This document shows, in pieces, positions 9,027 through 18,135 of a stretch of DNA of 64,000 bases; within the stretch, counting starts at the first letter, position 1; the number at the start of each line of letters is the position of its first letter. The notes beneath the pieces were generated by a model. The model did no database searches, was not told where the DNA came from, and saw only the letters and a program-made list of their open reading frames with translations. Position numbers and translations under genes: made by a program. The stretch lies in the IMG/VR virus record IMGVR_UViG_3300028591_000177; one strand, given 5' to 3'. The DNA is from an uncultured virus (IMG/VR IMGVR_UViG_3300028591_000177). Its lineage: Duplodnaviria > Heunggongvirae > Uroviricota > Caudoviricetes.

Positions 9027-11111
9027 ATGGCAAATATAAGTTTTGACGAATTAGTTTTTTCCGAATTACGAGTAATTCCTATAACTCTTGAAAATACTGA
9101 GGTTACAGATGAAAGACTTACACAGGCCATGACTATAAACGAAGAGATACGTGCTTTAGGTTATACATTAAAACCTGCCGACATTATTCAATTAGCTAAA
9201 GCTGATGTGAATACATTAAAGACATTCTTAGACACTTTCAAAAATCTTATTGGACAGGTAAAGGCAAAACCAATGTATCCTAATTTCCCTACTCAGGTTA
9301 TGGAAATGGATGAAGCTGTATTTAGACTACATCAGATGATACACTATTTCACTACATACGGAATAGAGTTGCTTACTGGACAGCCTGTTACTAAGGGTTG
9401 GTTACCTGAGGTAGAAGATACAGAGAAAACAGTTGATGACACTACGTTATTAAACGCTAAAGTTGTAGCACTGTTTATACAAACATCTGATAATACTATA
9501 TATGATTATGCCTTTAAGAAGATTCTTTCTAAACGTGAAAGAATGACTGATAAGGATAAGATGATTATAAAGGAATGTTTAGCCAATGTAACTAATTATG
9601 ATGTAACAGTTCCTTTCAAACAGAACCTGCTTGATGTGTTCTATACTATATTTAGTTCTAATTGTGAAACAGATAAGAAACTTTCTATATTACATAGTAT
9701 TTGTCAGCATACTGGTGATGTTTGGAAATGTATGGACTATACACTTACAAGATGTAAATTTCATTTCCGTACATCGCAGAAAAGACTTATCGTTAAACTT
9801 CTTGAGTCCTACCCTATCAAAGATTTTAGAAATAATTTACTTATTTCCAATAAAAAGGGTGTGCGTGTAAATCTCATGTTGCAGTACCTCGATTTTAATC
9901 AGTATTCACGCGACACAGCATTTATAATAGCTGTAGGAGATTTTCGTAATAACGATATGAAATCTTGGGAGAGTGTTGCTAAGACTAAGATAGAGAATCA
10001 CGAACCCAATGCTCTTGCAATTATGTGTAGCAGACCTGGTACAGCACTCCGTAAGATAACTTATTTACTTAGAAATGGTTATTCTGCAGAAGATATTTTC
10101 CTAAATATGAAGCCTTATGCTAATCAACTTAGTATACAGACCCTTGTATCTGTTATTACTCAGTTTGGATGTGAACTTACAAAAGATATACAGAATAAGT
10201 ATGCAAACAGACTTACAGATAAGCAGAAGGAAAAGTATAAGTACGGACTTAATTTCTACGAGATAGAAAAGGAACGTGTAAAGGTATATGATATATGTCG
10301 TCGTTTACTACGTGAGAAGTTCTTATCCATATCCACACCTTTACAAGCTAAAAAAGTATACGTAGATATGCACGAATATGATTTGCAACGTTCAATATTA
10401 CTTACTAATAATAAATCTGCTGAAGGTGGATACATTAGAAGTGGTATAGCCTATAAAATACCCTATGATGTAAATACTATACGTTTCTTCGTGTACTGGA
10501 ATCATTCATATATAACTGATATAGATTTACACGCATATGGTAAGGATTCCCGTGGTAACATTGATAGAATAGGTTGGAACGGCAGTTTTAATAGAGATGG
10601 AATAGTGTTCAGTGGCGATATTACACATTCCGATGCCGCAGAATATATCGATGTAGATTTAAATAAGACTAAGACTAAACTTGTATCATTTAACATAAAC
10701 GTATATAAGGGACCTACATTTAAAGAATTTGATGAATGTTTTGTAGGTGGTATGGCAGTAAATAGTTTGAACGAAAATGTACGACTTTACAACCCTAAAA
10801 ATTGTTTCTTTGTACACAAACTTACAAGTGATTCGAAGTTTATGCATTATGGATTCTTAGACATAAAGAACAGGTGTATAATATTTGACGGTAATATAGA
10901 CAATAAATGTCATAACGGAAATTACTATTCTGAGATGAGTAGAATGAACACAACATTCTCATTATCTTCGTACTTAGTGGAATTCTATGTAGGGCAGAAT
11001 ATAACAATTGTAAATACTCCTGAGGAAGCAGATTATACACTTGTTATGGGTAAACCCAATAACGATAAAGAAATAAGTCTTATAGATAATAATTTCTTTA
11101 TGGACTATTAA
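9027..11111 (+). CDS. Alpha-helical (ROT/TROVE-like) repeat protein with C-terminal TerD-like domain
   Basis: N-terminal LGY...PMYPNFPTQVM...MIHYFT, central RPG.ALRKI, C-terminal RFFVYW...DIDLH...IGWN...FSGDIT...AAEYIDVDL (TerD-type); matches my recollection of the TROVE-like+TerD architecture; no RING finger visible. Confidence 0.65.
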   Translation: MANISFDELVFSELRVIPITLENTEVTDERLTQAMTINEEIRALGYTLKPADIIQLAKADVNTLKTFLDTFKNLIGQVKAKPMYPNFPTQVMEMDEAVFRLHQMIHYFTTYGIELLTGQPVTKGWLPEVEDTEKTVDDTTLLNAKVVALFIQTSDNTIYDYAFKKILSKRERMTDKDKMIIKECLANVTNYDVTVPFKQNLLDVFYTIFSSNCETDKKLSILHSICQHTGDVWKCMDYTLTRCKFHFRTSQKRLIVKLLESYPIKDFRNNLLISNKKGVRVNLMLQYLDFNQYSRDTAFIIAVGDFRNNDMKSWESVAKTKIENHEPNALAIMCSRPGTALRKITYLLRNGYSAEDIFLNMKPYANQLSIQTLVSVITQFGCELTKDIQNKYANRLTDKQKEKYKYGLNFYEIEKERVKVYDICRRLLREKFLSISTPLQAKKVYVDMHEYDLQRSILLTNNKSAEGGYIRSGIAYKIPYDVNTIRFFVYWNHSYITDIDLHAYGKDSRGNIDRIGWNGSFNRDGIVFSGDITHSDAAEYIDVDLNKTKTKLVSFNINVYKGPTFKEFDECFVGGMAVNSLNENVRLYNPKNCFFVHKLTSDSKFMHYGFLDIKNRCIIFDGNIDNKCHNGNYYSEMSRMNTTFSLSSYLVEFYVGQNITIVNTPEEADYTLVMGKPNNDKEISLIDNNFFMDY

Positions 11112-11166
11112 TTAAGAAATCTTCTTACGCACATCCTCTTGTGCCTCCTACGTTTTATCTACTGAA

Positions 11167-11200
11167 TGAGGGTAGGTCATAACCTCTTTTCCTACCCTCA
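11167..11200. terminator. Perfect 10-bp hairpin after the 694-aa gene (terminator or processing signal)
   Basis: TGAGGGTAGG/CCTACCCTCA; no clear U-tract. Confidence 0.45.
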
Positions 11201-11242
11201 AACGGTAGAACTATTAAAACATTAAAAAATATATTGTAACAC

Positions 11243-11271
11243 TTGACTTTTGACTAAGGATGTGTTATACT
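11243..11271 (+). promoter_or_regulatory. sigma-A-type promoter driving the ncRNA array
   Basis: TTGACT-17-TATACT with TG extension; predicted start ~11277-11279, just before unit 1; no ORF follows until 12045. Confidence 0.8.
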
Positions 11272-11280
11272 ATACTTATA

Positions 11281-11441
11281 AACTTGTAAACGTTTTATGT
11301 TTACCCCTAATAGGAACATACTTTTATTTTTATAATGAAATTATAACAGGTCCATATGCTCCTTATTAGATGCGTCTAATAAGCGATTAGACATATGGAC
11401 AAGGGTGAGCATAGAGTTTGTTTCTAAATTGTTTACAGGTT
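11281..11441 (+). ncRNA. Structured ncRNA array unit 1 (Phe-like U-GAA-A loop; extra inserted hairpin)
   Basis: AACTTGTAAAC/GTTTACAGGTT closing stem; TTTTATGTTTACCC/GGGTGAGCATAGAG inner stem; AACATACTTTTA; TTATA-ATGAAAT-TATAA; GTCCATATG/CATATGGAC insert. Confidence 0.75.
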
Positions 11442-11450
11442 GTAAATCTA

Positions 11451-11578
11451 TTTCCAGCGGTTTATGTAGGATAGTTTGACGCCGGATAGCGTTGGGCTAT
11501 AGTAACATACTTTTAAAACATCAGATTTGGGATTTGATAAGTTGTACTACATAAAGCTTGTTATTAAATAGCTGGAAA
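11451..11578 (+). ncRNA. Structured ncRNA array unit 2 (tRNA-Pro UGG anticodon-loop mimic)
   Basis: TTTCCAGC/GCTGGAAA; TTTATGTAG/CTACATAAA; AACATACTTTTA at 11504; ATCAGA-TTTGGGA-TTTGAT at 11520-11538. Confidence 0.8.
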
Positions 11579-11594
11579 ACTCCTTTCTTTAATT

Positions 11595-11706
11595 GCTGCT
11601 CAGACGTTTTATAGGTAGTTTAATACATAACATACTTTTAAACTTCGAAACTGCAAATTTTGAATGTTGCTACTTATAAAGTTAGTTATGGAAAGGCCTG
11701 AGCGAC
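11595..11706 (+). ncRNA. Structured ncRNA array unit 3 (tRNA-Cys GCA anticodon-loop mimic)
   Basis: TGCTCAG/CTGAGCG; TTTTATAGGTAG/CTACTTATAAAG; AACATACTTTTA at 11629; TTCGAAA-CTGCAAA-TTTTGAA at 11644-11664. Confidence 0.8.
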
Positions 11707-11716
11707 TGTTAATTAC

Positions 11717-11815
11717 ATATTGCAGACGTTCTGGAAACCAGTAACATACTTTTACTGTTTTTGGGATAATAGTTAGGTTTCCAATAAGAGCTTGTTACAA
11801 AATAGCCTGTGATAT
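11717..11815 (+). ncRNA. Structured ncRNA array unit 4 (Pro-like UUUGGGA loop)
   Basis: ATATTGCAG/CTGTGATAT; TGGAAACC/GGTTTCCA; AACATACTTTTA at 11743; ACTGTT-TTTGGGAT-AATAGT. Confidence 0.75.
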
Positions 11816-11835
11816 TTAATTATATAGTGACGAAT

Positions 11836-11880
11836 GAACCCGACACGCCTCTTAACAATGCGGACCACGTCGGGTCTTTT
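11836..11880 (+). terminator. GC-rich structured element closing the ncRNA array
   Basis: ACCCGAC/GTCGGGT stem with large structured loop, followed by CTTTT. Confidence 0.5.
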
Positions 11881-11909
11881 AAAATTATAAATATTGTTAC
11901 AGATTAAGA

Positions 11910-11945
11910 GATAAGTCTAACAGCTAATTTGTTAGACTTATTTTT
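11910..11945 (+). terminator. Rho-independent terminator
   Basis: ATAAGTCTAACA/TGTTAGACTTAT plus T-run. Confidence 0.75.
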
Positions 11946-12044
11946 ATCTTTTAACAATAAGAAACACTTGACTTTTTATATATTATGTTGTATAATATTA
12001 TTGTAGGAAAACAAAGTATACCAGTTATTTAGGAGGTACAGATT

Positions 12045-12314
12045 ATGAAAAGAAAAGTTACTTCATTACAGCCTGGAGAGCACGTTGTTTTTAGAGTATA
12101 TAATGATATTTATAAGGAGAAACGTCCTATAGATGGAACAGTTGATTTTATAAATACAGACAAAAGACTTGTATCTGTCTCATATTTGTATGGGTATAAT
12201 AATATGGATGCTTTTATACCTTATGAAGATATGTTAGCTGTATACAATCCAAATGGTGATTATATGAGGTTTAGCGGTGTAGAAGGACCGTCGGACGAGC
12301 TTATACCCGAATGA
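12045..12314 (+). CDS. Hypothetical protein
   Basis: AGGAGG RBS, own promoter at 11968. Confidence 0.65.
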   Translation: MKRKVTSLQPGEHVVFRVYNDIYKEKRPIDGTVDFINTDKRLVSVSYLYGYNNMDAFIPYEDMLAVYNPNGDYMRFSGVEGPSDELIPE

Positions 12315-12327
12315 TGGAGGTATTATA

Positions 12328-12636
12328 ATGAAATTTAGAGAAAAACGAACTAACGATGGAAGAGTAACAGTTGAATTTATTGGAACTTTAAAAAAGAGTG
12401 ACGTAGAACGTACAAAACTTAGAATATATGACATTATAGAAGTGGAGCATCCGAAAATATTAATTTTAAATCTTTCTTCTATACGAGAAATAGACCGTTT
12501 TGGAGTTAGTTGTCTTGTAGGATTTACAGGTGTTGCAGACGCAAATAATGTAATACTTTATATAAAAAAAGTTCCTATGTGTGTACAGGTTCAACTGCAA
12601 ACCTACAATGTGGAAAATGCGTTTACTTTTATTTAA
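12328..12636 (+). CDS. STAS-domain (anti-sigma factor antagonist-like) protein
   Basis: VEFIGTL...LILNLSSIREIDRFGVSCLV; 102 aa; the SpoIIAA phospho-Ser position reads DRFG. Confidence 0.6.
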   Translation: MKFREKRTNDGRVTVEFIGTLKKSDVERTKLRIYDIIEVEHPKILILNLSSIREIDRFGVSCLVGFTGVADANNVILYIKKVPMCVQVQLQTYNVENAFTFI

Positions 12637-12759
12637 TTAAAATAAAAATATTTTAATTTCATATTGACTTTTTACTATAATATGTTGTATAATATTTATA
12701 ATAAGAATAAATCACATTAAGAATGTTGTAAAAGGGCATACACAAAGGAGAATGAAAAA

Positions 12760-13602
12760 ATGAGAAAAATATCAAAAGAAGAGTTAGAAAAGATTCTTGA
12801 CAATCACTTGCATTGGATAAAGAAGGATTGTGAAGGTTGGGAAGATATGAGAGCTAACCTGTCCGGAACTAACCTGCGCGGAGTTAACTTGTGTGCTGTT
12901 AACTTGTGTGGAGCTATTTTGCGTGACGCTAACCTGGTTGACGCTAACCTATATAGAGCTGACCTGCGCCGAGCTGACCTGTGTGGAGCTAATCTGGGTG
13001 CGGTTAACTTGTCCCAAGCCGACCTGCGTAAAGCGGACCTGTACATAGCTAACCTAGACAGAGCAGACCTGTGTAAAGCAAATCTGTGTGAGGCTAACCT
13101 GCGTGGAGCCGACCTGTGTGGAGCTAACTTGTATGATGCTAACTTGTCCGAGGCTAACTTGTGTGAAACAAACCTGCGTGGAACTACCTTTTACGCGGCT
13201 AACTTGTCCGGAGCTGACCTACATAGAGCTGACCTGTTCAGCACCATGCTGTCCGGAGCTAAGAATATTCCGTACATTCCTATGGCCTGTCCTGACAACG
13301 GCGCTTTTATAGCATGGAAAAAAGCCCACGGATACATAGTCAAGCTTTTTATACCAAGTGATGCCAGAAGAAGTTCTGGAACCGGAAGAAAGTGTCGGTG
13401 CGACAAAGCAACTGTTATTGGTATAGAGAATCTTGATGGAACAGCAGCGGATATAACAGAAGTTACAAGTGATTATGATGCATCATTCAAGTATGTCGTT
13501 CACGGTCACGTTAAGGTTAATAACTTCTGTGAAGATAGGTGGAAAGAATGTTCTAACGGCATTCATTTCTTTATTAACAGAGAGGAAGCTGTAAATTACT
13601 GA
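12760..13602 (+). CDS. Pentapeptide-repeat protein (A[D/N]Lxx) with conserved phage C-terminal domain (DUF5758-like)
   Basis: More than 25 A(N/D)Lxx repeats; C-terminal RKCRC...ECSNGIHFF. Confidence 0.85.
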   Translation: MRKISKEELEKILDNHLHWIKKDCEGWEDMRANLSGTNLRGVNLCAVNLCGAILRDANLVDANLYRADLRRADLCGANLGAVNLSQADLRKADLYIANLDRADLCKANLCEANLRGADLCGANLYDANLSEANLCETNLRGTTFYAANLSGADLHRADLFSTMLSGAKNIPYIPMACPDNGAFIAWKKAHGYIVKLFIPSDARRSSGTGRKCRCDKATVIGIENLDGTAADITEVTSDYDASFKYVVHGHVKVNNFCEDRWKECSNGIHFFINREEAVNY

Positions 13603-13702
13603 CTTGTAAAATCAACAAAGGTATAGAAGACATACCGGATATATAGCTTCAAGAGTTTTTCAATACTTGTTTCTATATATATAGTATTCAGGAGGGTTAA
13701 TT

Positions 13703-16700
13703 ATGAAGAATTTGTACATGACAAACGGTGCTGGGTTGAGTGATGATGCTATCCCGGAGCGGGACATGATTGAAAAAAGAGTTGAAACTTGCATAAAGGA
13801 TATTCTTCTCACTCTTGGAAGTGATATCCCTACAGCAGAGATAGAAGCGTATGTTATGGAGTGTGTTGTGGATACCTTCATTAGACAGCGTATAAACAAA
13901 AGAACAGAGTTGCTGAGAAAGGAAAAGTAAAATGAATAAAGTAACTATAATTCCCGAAAAGTATAGATGTCGTATGTGTGGAGAAGTATTTAGTTCCGGT
14001 AATATTCGTATCTGTAATGTGGATAATTCCCCAACAGACATTGCGGAAGTTTTACATAAGATTGATACAATACCACATAACTGCATGTCTGATTTTATAA
14101 ACGGCAAGAAAGTTTTAGAAATTGTTGATTATCCTGTAGAATCCAATTATTTAACATTTCATGGCATAGCTGATTGCATAGGAGTAAAAGTATTAGCTCA
14201 AACAGAGGAGGACTGAGTATGAAAGACACATATGTTATTTGCGCAAATGTTTACCCTGGCAATGGTATTATTGCAACAGGTTATCTTGCTACAGACCGTG
14301 GTTCTGGTGGCTATCCTTATTTTTCAACTTCGATAAACAATTCCGAAATACGTACATTTGATTCTGTTGAGTCGGCTCGTAAGTTCTTGGAAACGGACCT
14401 AGAACGTTGTGAGGATGGGTGGCGTCCTAAAGTAGCCTGGTTGCAGGGTCTTGTTGGTTTGCGAATATGCGAGGTTTCTGCCACTAATAGATATTTTTAT
14501 AATCTCTTGTAAGTCTCAAACTATGAAGGAAAGGAGTTGTTACATTTATGGCTTGTTCGGATTGTAATGAATGTGGCTATAACATAGATAACGGAGGTGT
14601 TTGTACTGAGTACGAATATGATTGTCCGTATAAGGTATTTTTCAATCTTCCGAAATCTTCTATAGAGGACACTATAAAAATTTTAAACGGCATAGATAGT
14701 GATTTTTGTAAAATTCAGGAAATATTTAAATCTAACAATGAAGATTTTTCTGATTATTTTCCAGGTCTCACACATAGTTTTTCGGATATTTTAGAATTAT
14801 TTGATTCAGAAACATATGAAAAATGGAAGAAAATGATAAAAGACACTGAAGCATTAAAGAAACCAAGTTCAGTCCCTGATTACTGTACGAATGGTCCTGC
14901 CAATCATTGCGTAAGTTGTCCCCATAGATATTGCCAATATGAAAATGAGAAATATAGGAAGTTAATTGAAAATACTGCAAAACAGATAGAAGAAGGTTTA
15001 TACTGGATTTACATTGATTTTGAATACAAAGATGTAACAGCATTAACTGCCTTTACCCGTTACCGAGATTGGTTATATGCTAAAGGTTTTGAGGGTAGGG
15101 AACCTTCCTATAAGGAATGGATACGATATGACAATAATGGAGAACCTGTAAAAGATTGTGGTTTTCATTATGGTACATTTTATTTTCACCCAATTCATGA
15201 CAAAGAGTAAAACATAAACTTTTTTATTTCATATTGACTTCTACAATAATGTGTTGTATAATATTAGTAACAGGAGGATATTTATATGATATGTGGAAAT
15301 ATACAACCTAAACAACTTATAACCTGTTCTGCAATTATAGATATACTTCGTATATTTGCTGATACTGAAATAGGTGGTCAGTATGAAATTGATTTTGAAG
15401 CCGTTTGTAACTACTTAGATTCTATGAGATTTGGAGTAGATTACTTTAATTGTAGTACAACTGAAGAAATATATGAAAGATTTACTGAAGACATATACAA
15501 TGGACTTCCAGTTTGGCGATTTCTTAAACTTCCTGAATGGACTATGAAAATGGTGGAAAAGACATTTCAGAACGAATGTGACCAAACACACATAGAAATG
15601 AAACGAACCTATAAATGTCTTAGTTGCAAATACTTTTATGTTCGAAATACTTCCTTTGGAGTATTACAGGAATGTAAATACGAAACAATAAAAGAAAAGG
15701 AAGAGGAAGAAGTTTATAGACGTAACAACCCAAATTCACATAGAGAATTTCATAAGTTTAGACCTTACAGAAAAGGACCTTTTGAACTTAAACAGGAATG
15801 TGAAGATTATGTAGAGGGTTCTATAACGGTAGAGGATACAACCACTATTAATCGTTTTTAGGAGGTATTTGATGGATTTCATAAAAATAGGGAATATGAT
15901 ATTTGCAAAGGACATAATTAAAGCAATTACGGTGACATCTCGTACAAACCCCAAAGGATTAAAAGATTACAGAGTTACAGTGAAAACTCCAGATGTTACC
16001 TATTATCCTTTATATTTCGAAAGTGAATATGATGCTGAAAATAAAATAGCATCTATTTATGAGGAACTTACCTCTAAGACAACAGATAAAACAATAAAGG
16101 AGGATTAAATTATGAGTGAATGGAAAGAAAAGTTTGTAAAAGCTGTTTTAGATAAATTAAAAGAAACCGATACACCATATGGACATACAGATGAATTTGG
16201 TCTTATAAATTTATATACAGTTAATGACGTAGAGGATGTCATTTATGAGGTTCTTGCCGATGAGTGATGATATGTCACATAAAAAAGATGACATAACTGG
16301 AAGTAACGGAGGTTGATTGAATACTTATGAATGGGTATGAATATACAAGGCAATTAAAGGCTAAGATTGCAGAAAGTCCTACACACACCCTCACATTACA
16401 AGATGCCCTTGATTATATCAGTTTCTATGGACTCCGAAATTTATTTAATGCCTCAGGTGATATGAGATTTGTAGGACAAGTTGCAATTGACACATTGGAT
16501 AGAGCTTTATCCGGTTATGACAGCAAAGTACGAATAAATATTATTGAGAAGTAACAGGAGGGAAGGTTATGCCACACGCAAATATACAGAACCCTAAAAC
16601 CGGAATGTGGAGATGTTGGTCTACTGTTGTAGATAATTGGATAACTGATTGGATGACAGAATCGGATTATAAAGAGTATCTGATACAAGAAGCGGCAAAC

Positions 16701-16910
16701 TCGGTGAAGGAAGATTTGAATAACTTTGGAATACGAACATCTAGATTTATAACCTATAATGACTGTATATATGATTCAGCACTTAAAGAGTTTTGTGATA
16801 AATGTCCTAATCATGGTGACTTTGATAAATGTGATATGTGTGATAAAAACATTACCGTTGAAGAGTATATCAAACAGGGTGATAACTATCTGAATTTAGA
16901 TATTTTTTAA
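13703..16910 (+). CDS. Run of small hypothetical genes (13703, 13932, ~14219, 14548, 15286, 15869, 16112, 16327, 16569); several Cys-rich
   Basis: Tightly packed plus-strand ORFs with RBS; promoter at 15234. Confidence 0.55.
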
Positions 16911-17009
16911 GAACCATATACAATGAGTAATTCTGTTACAATGGAAGATACTGTAAGTTCTGTTGTTATAACATTTCAAATATGTGTTGAGTTTTAAGGA
17001 GAAATAACA

Positions 17010-17936
17010 ATGAGTATTAAAGGCTATAAGGTTTTCAATCCTGATTGGACTTGCCAAGGATTTCAGTACGAGGTTGGCAAGACGTTCAAGTATGATGGTG
17101 ATATAGAAATGTGTGAGGCAGGATTCCATTTCTGTCCAAGACTCTCTGATTGCTTTAATTACTATAGATTCAGCCCCTCTAATAAGGTTGCGGAAGTTGA
17201 AGCTATTGGTAATGTTGAAACTGAAGACAATAAGTCTGTTACAGACGAAATTGTAATTGTAAGAGAGCTTACTTGGCATGAGGTTCTTGATTTAGTTAAT
17301 GTTGGGGAAGATTGTACGGGTTATCGCAACAGTGGTGACCATAACAGCGGTCGTCATAACAGTGGTGACCATAACAGCGGCGATTACAACAGTGGTGACC
17401 GTAACAGGGGTGATTACAACAGCGGCAACCGCAACAGTGGTGATTGGAATAGTGGCAGTTACAACAGGGGTGACTACAACAGCGGTAATCAGAATACTGG
17501 TTTCCGTAACAGCGGTAATCAGAATAATGGCAGTTACAACAGCGGTAATTGTAACAGTGGTTACCACAACAGTGGTGATTGGAACTCAGCTGATTACTCA
17601 ACCGGCTTCTTTAACTCTGTTAAGCAACCATTATACATTTTCAATAAACCCGCGGATATAAGCAGAGATGATTTTTACGACCTTCCTGCTATAAAGGCTA
17701 TGCGCCGACAGTATAAAAATGTTTGGTGGGTTTATAGTGAGGATATGACGGATGAAGAAAAAGCAACTCACCCCAAACATGAGACAACTGGTGGCTATCT
17801 GAAAACTGTTGATTTCAAAACAGCTTGTAGTCTTATGTGGGATAAGATGACGGATGAGGAAAAGGCCTCAGTCAGGGATATTCCAAATTTTGATGCAGAT
17901 GTTTTCAAAGAGATAACAGGGATTGTTGTTGATTAA
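17010..17936 (+). CDS. Phage protein with NSGDx pentapeptide repeats
   Basis: N-terminal KGYKVF...CEAGFHFC; ~18 15-nt repeats encoding N-[S/R/T]-G-x-x; C-terminal PNFDADVFKEITGI. Confidence 0.8.
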   Translation: MSIKGYKVFNPDWTCQGFQYEVGKTFKYDGDIEMCEAGFHFCPRLSDCFNYYRFSPSNKVAEVEAIGNVETEDNKSVTDEIVIVRELTWHEVLDLVNVGEDCTGYRNSGDHNSGRHNSGDHNSGDYNSGDRNRGDYNSGNRNSGDWNSGSYNRGDYNSGNQNTGFRNSGNQNNGSYNSGNCNSGYHNSGDWNSADYSTGFFNSVKQPLYIFNKPADISRDDFYDLPAIKAMRRQYKNVWWVYSEDMTDEEKATHPKHETTGGYLKTVDFKTACSLMWDKMTDEEKASVRDIPNFDADVFKEITGIVVD

Positions 17937-18135
17937 AGAGTGTCTTTCCTCAGGAGGAACTATTTATGAATACTGTATATTCTACTAAACAAAAAGCTCT
18001 ATATGTTATACATGAACGAGTTGCTAATAAGTTCTCACATTATACTCGTAAACAAATATGGGCTATAACGTATGCCCTGTATAATAAGCATAACCAGAAG
18101 AATAAATAATCATATTTGCAAGAGGTGGGAATGTA

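Noticed and set aside
11281..11815. CRISPR mini-array interpretation of the recurring AACATACTTTTA
   Set aside because: The identical part is only 12 nt, spacing is irregular (about 114-189 nt), intervening sequence base-pairs across each unit, and no cas genes are present
17292..17661. Alternative-frame and antisense ORFs, and possible DGR template (AAC-rich)
   Set aside because: By-products of the 15-nt NSGDx repeats; no reverse transcriptase or matching variable repeat seen in the window
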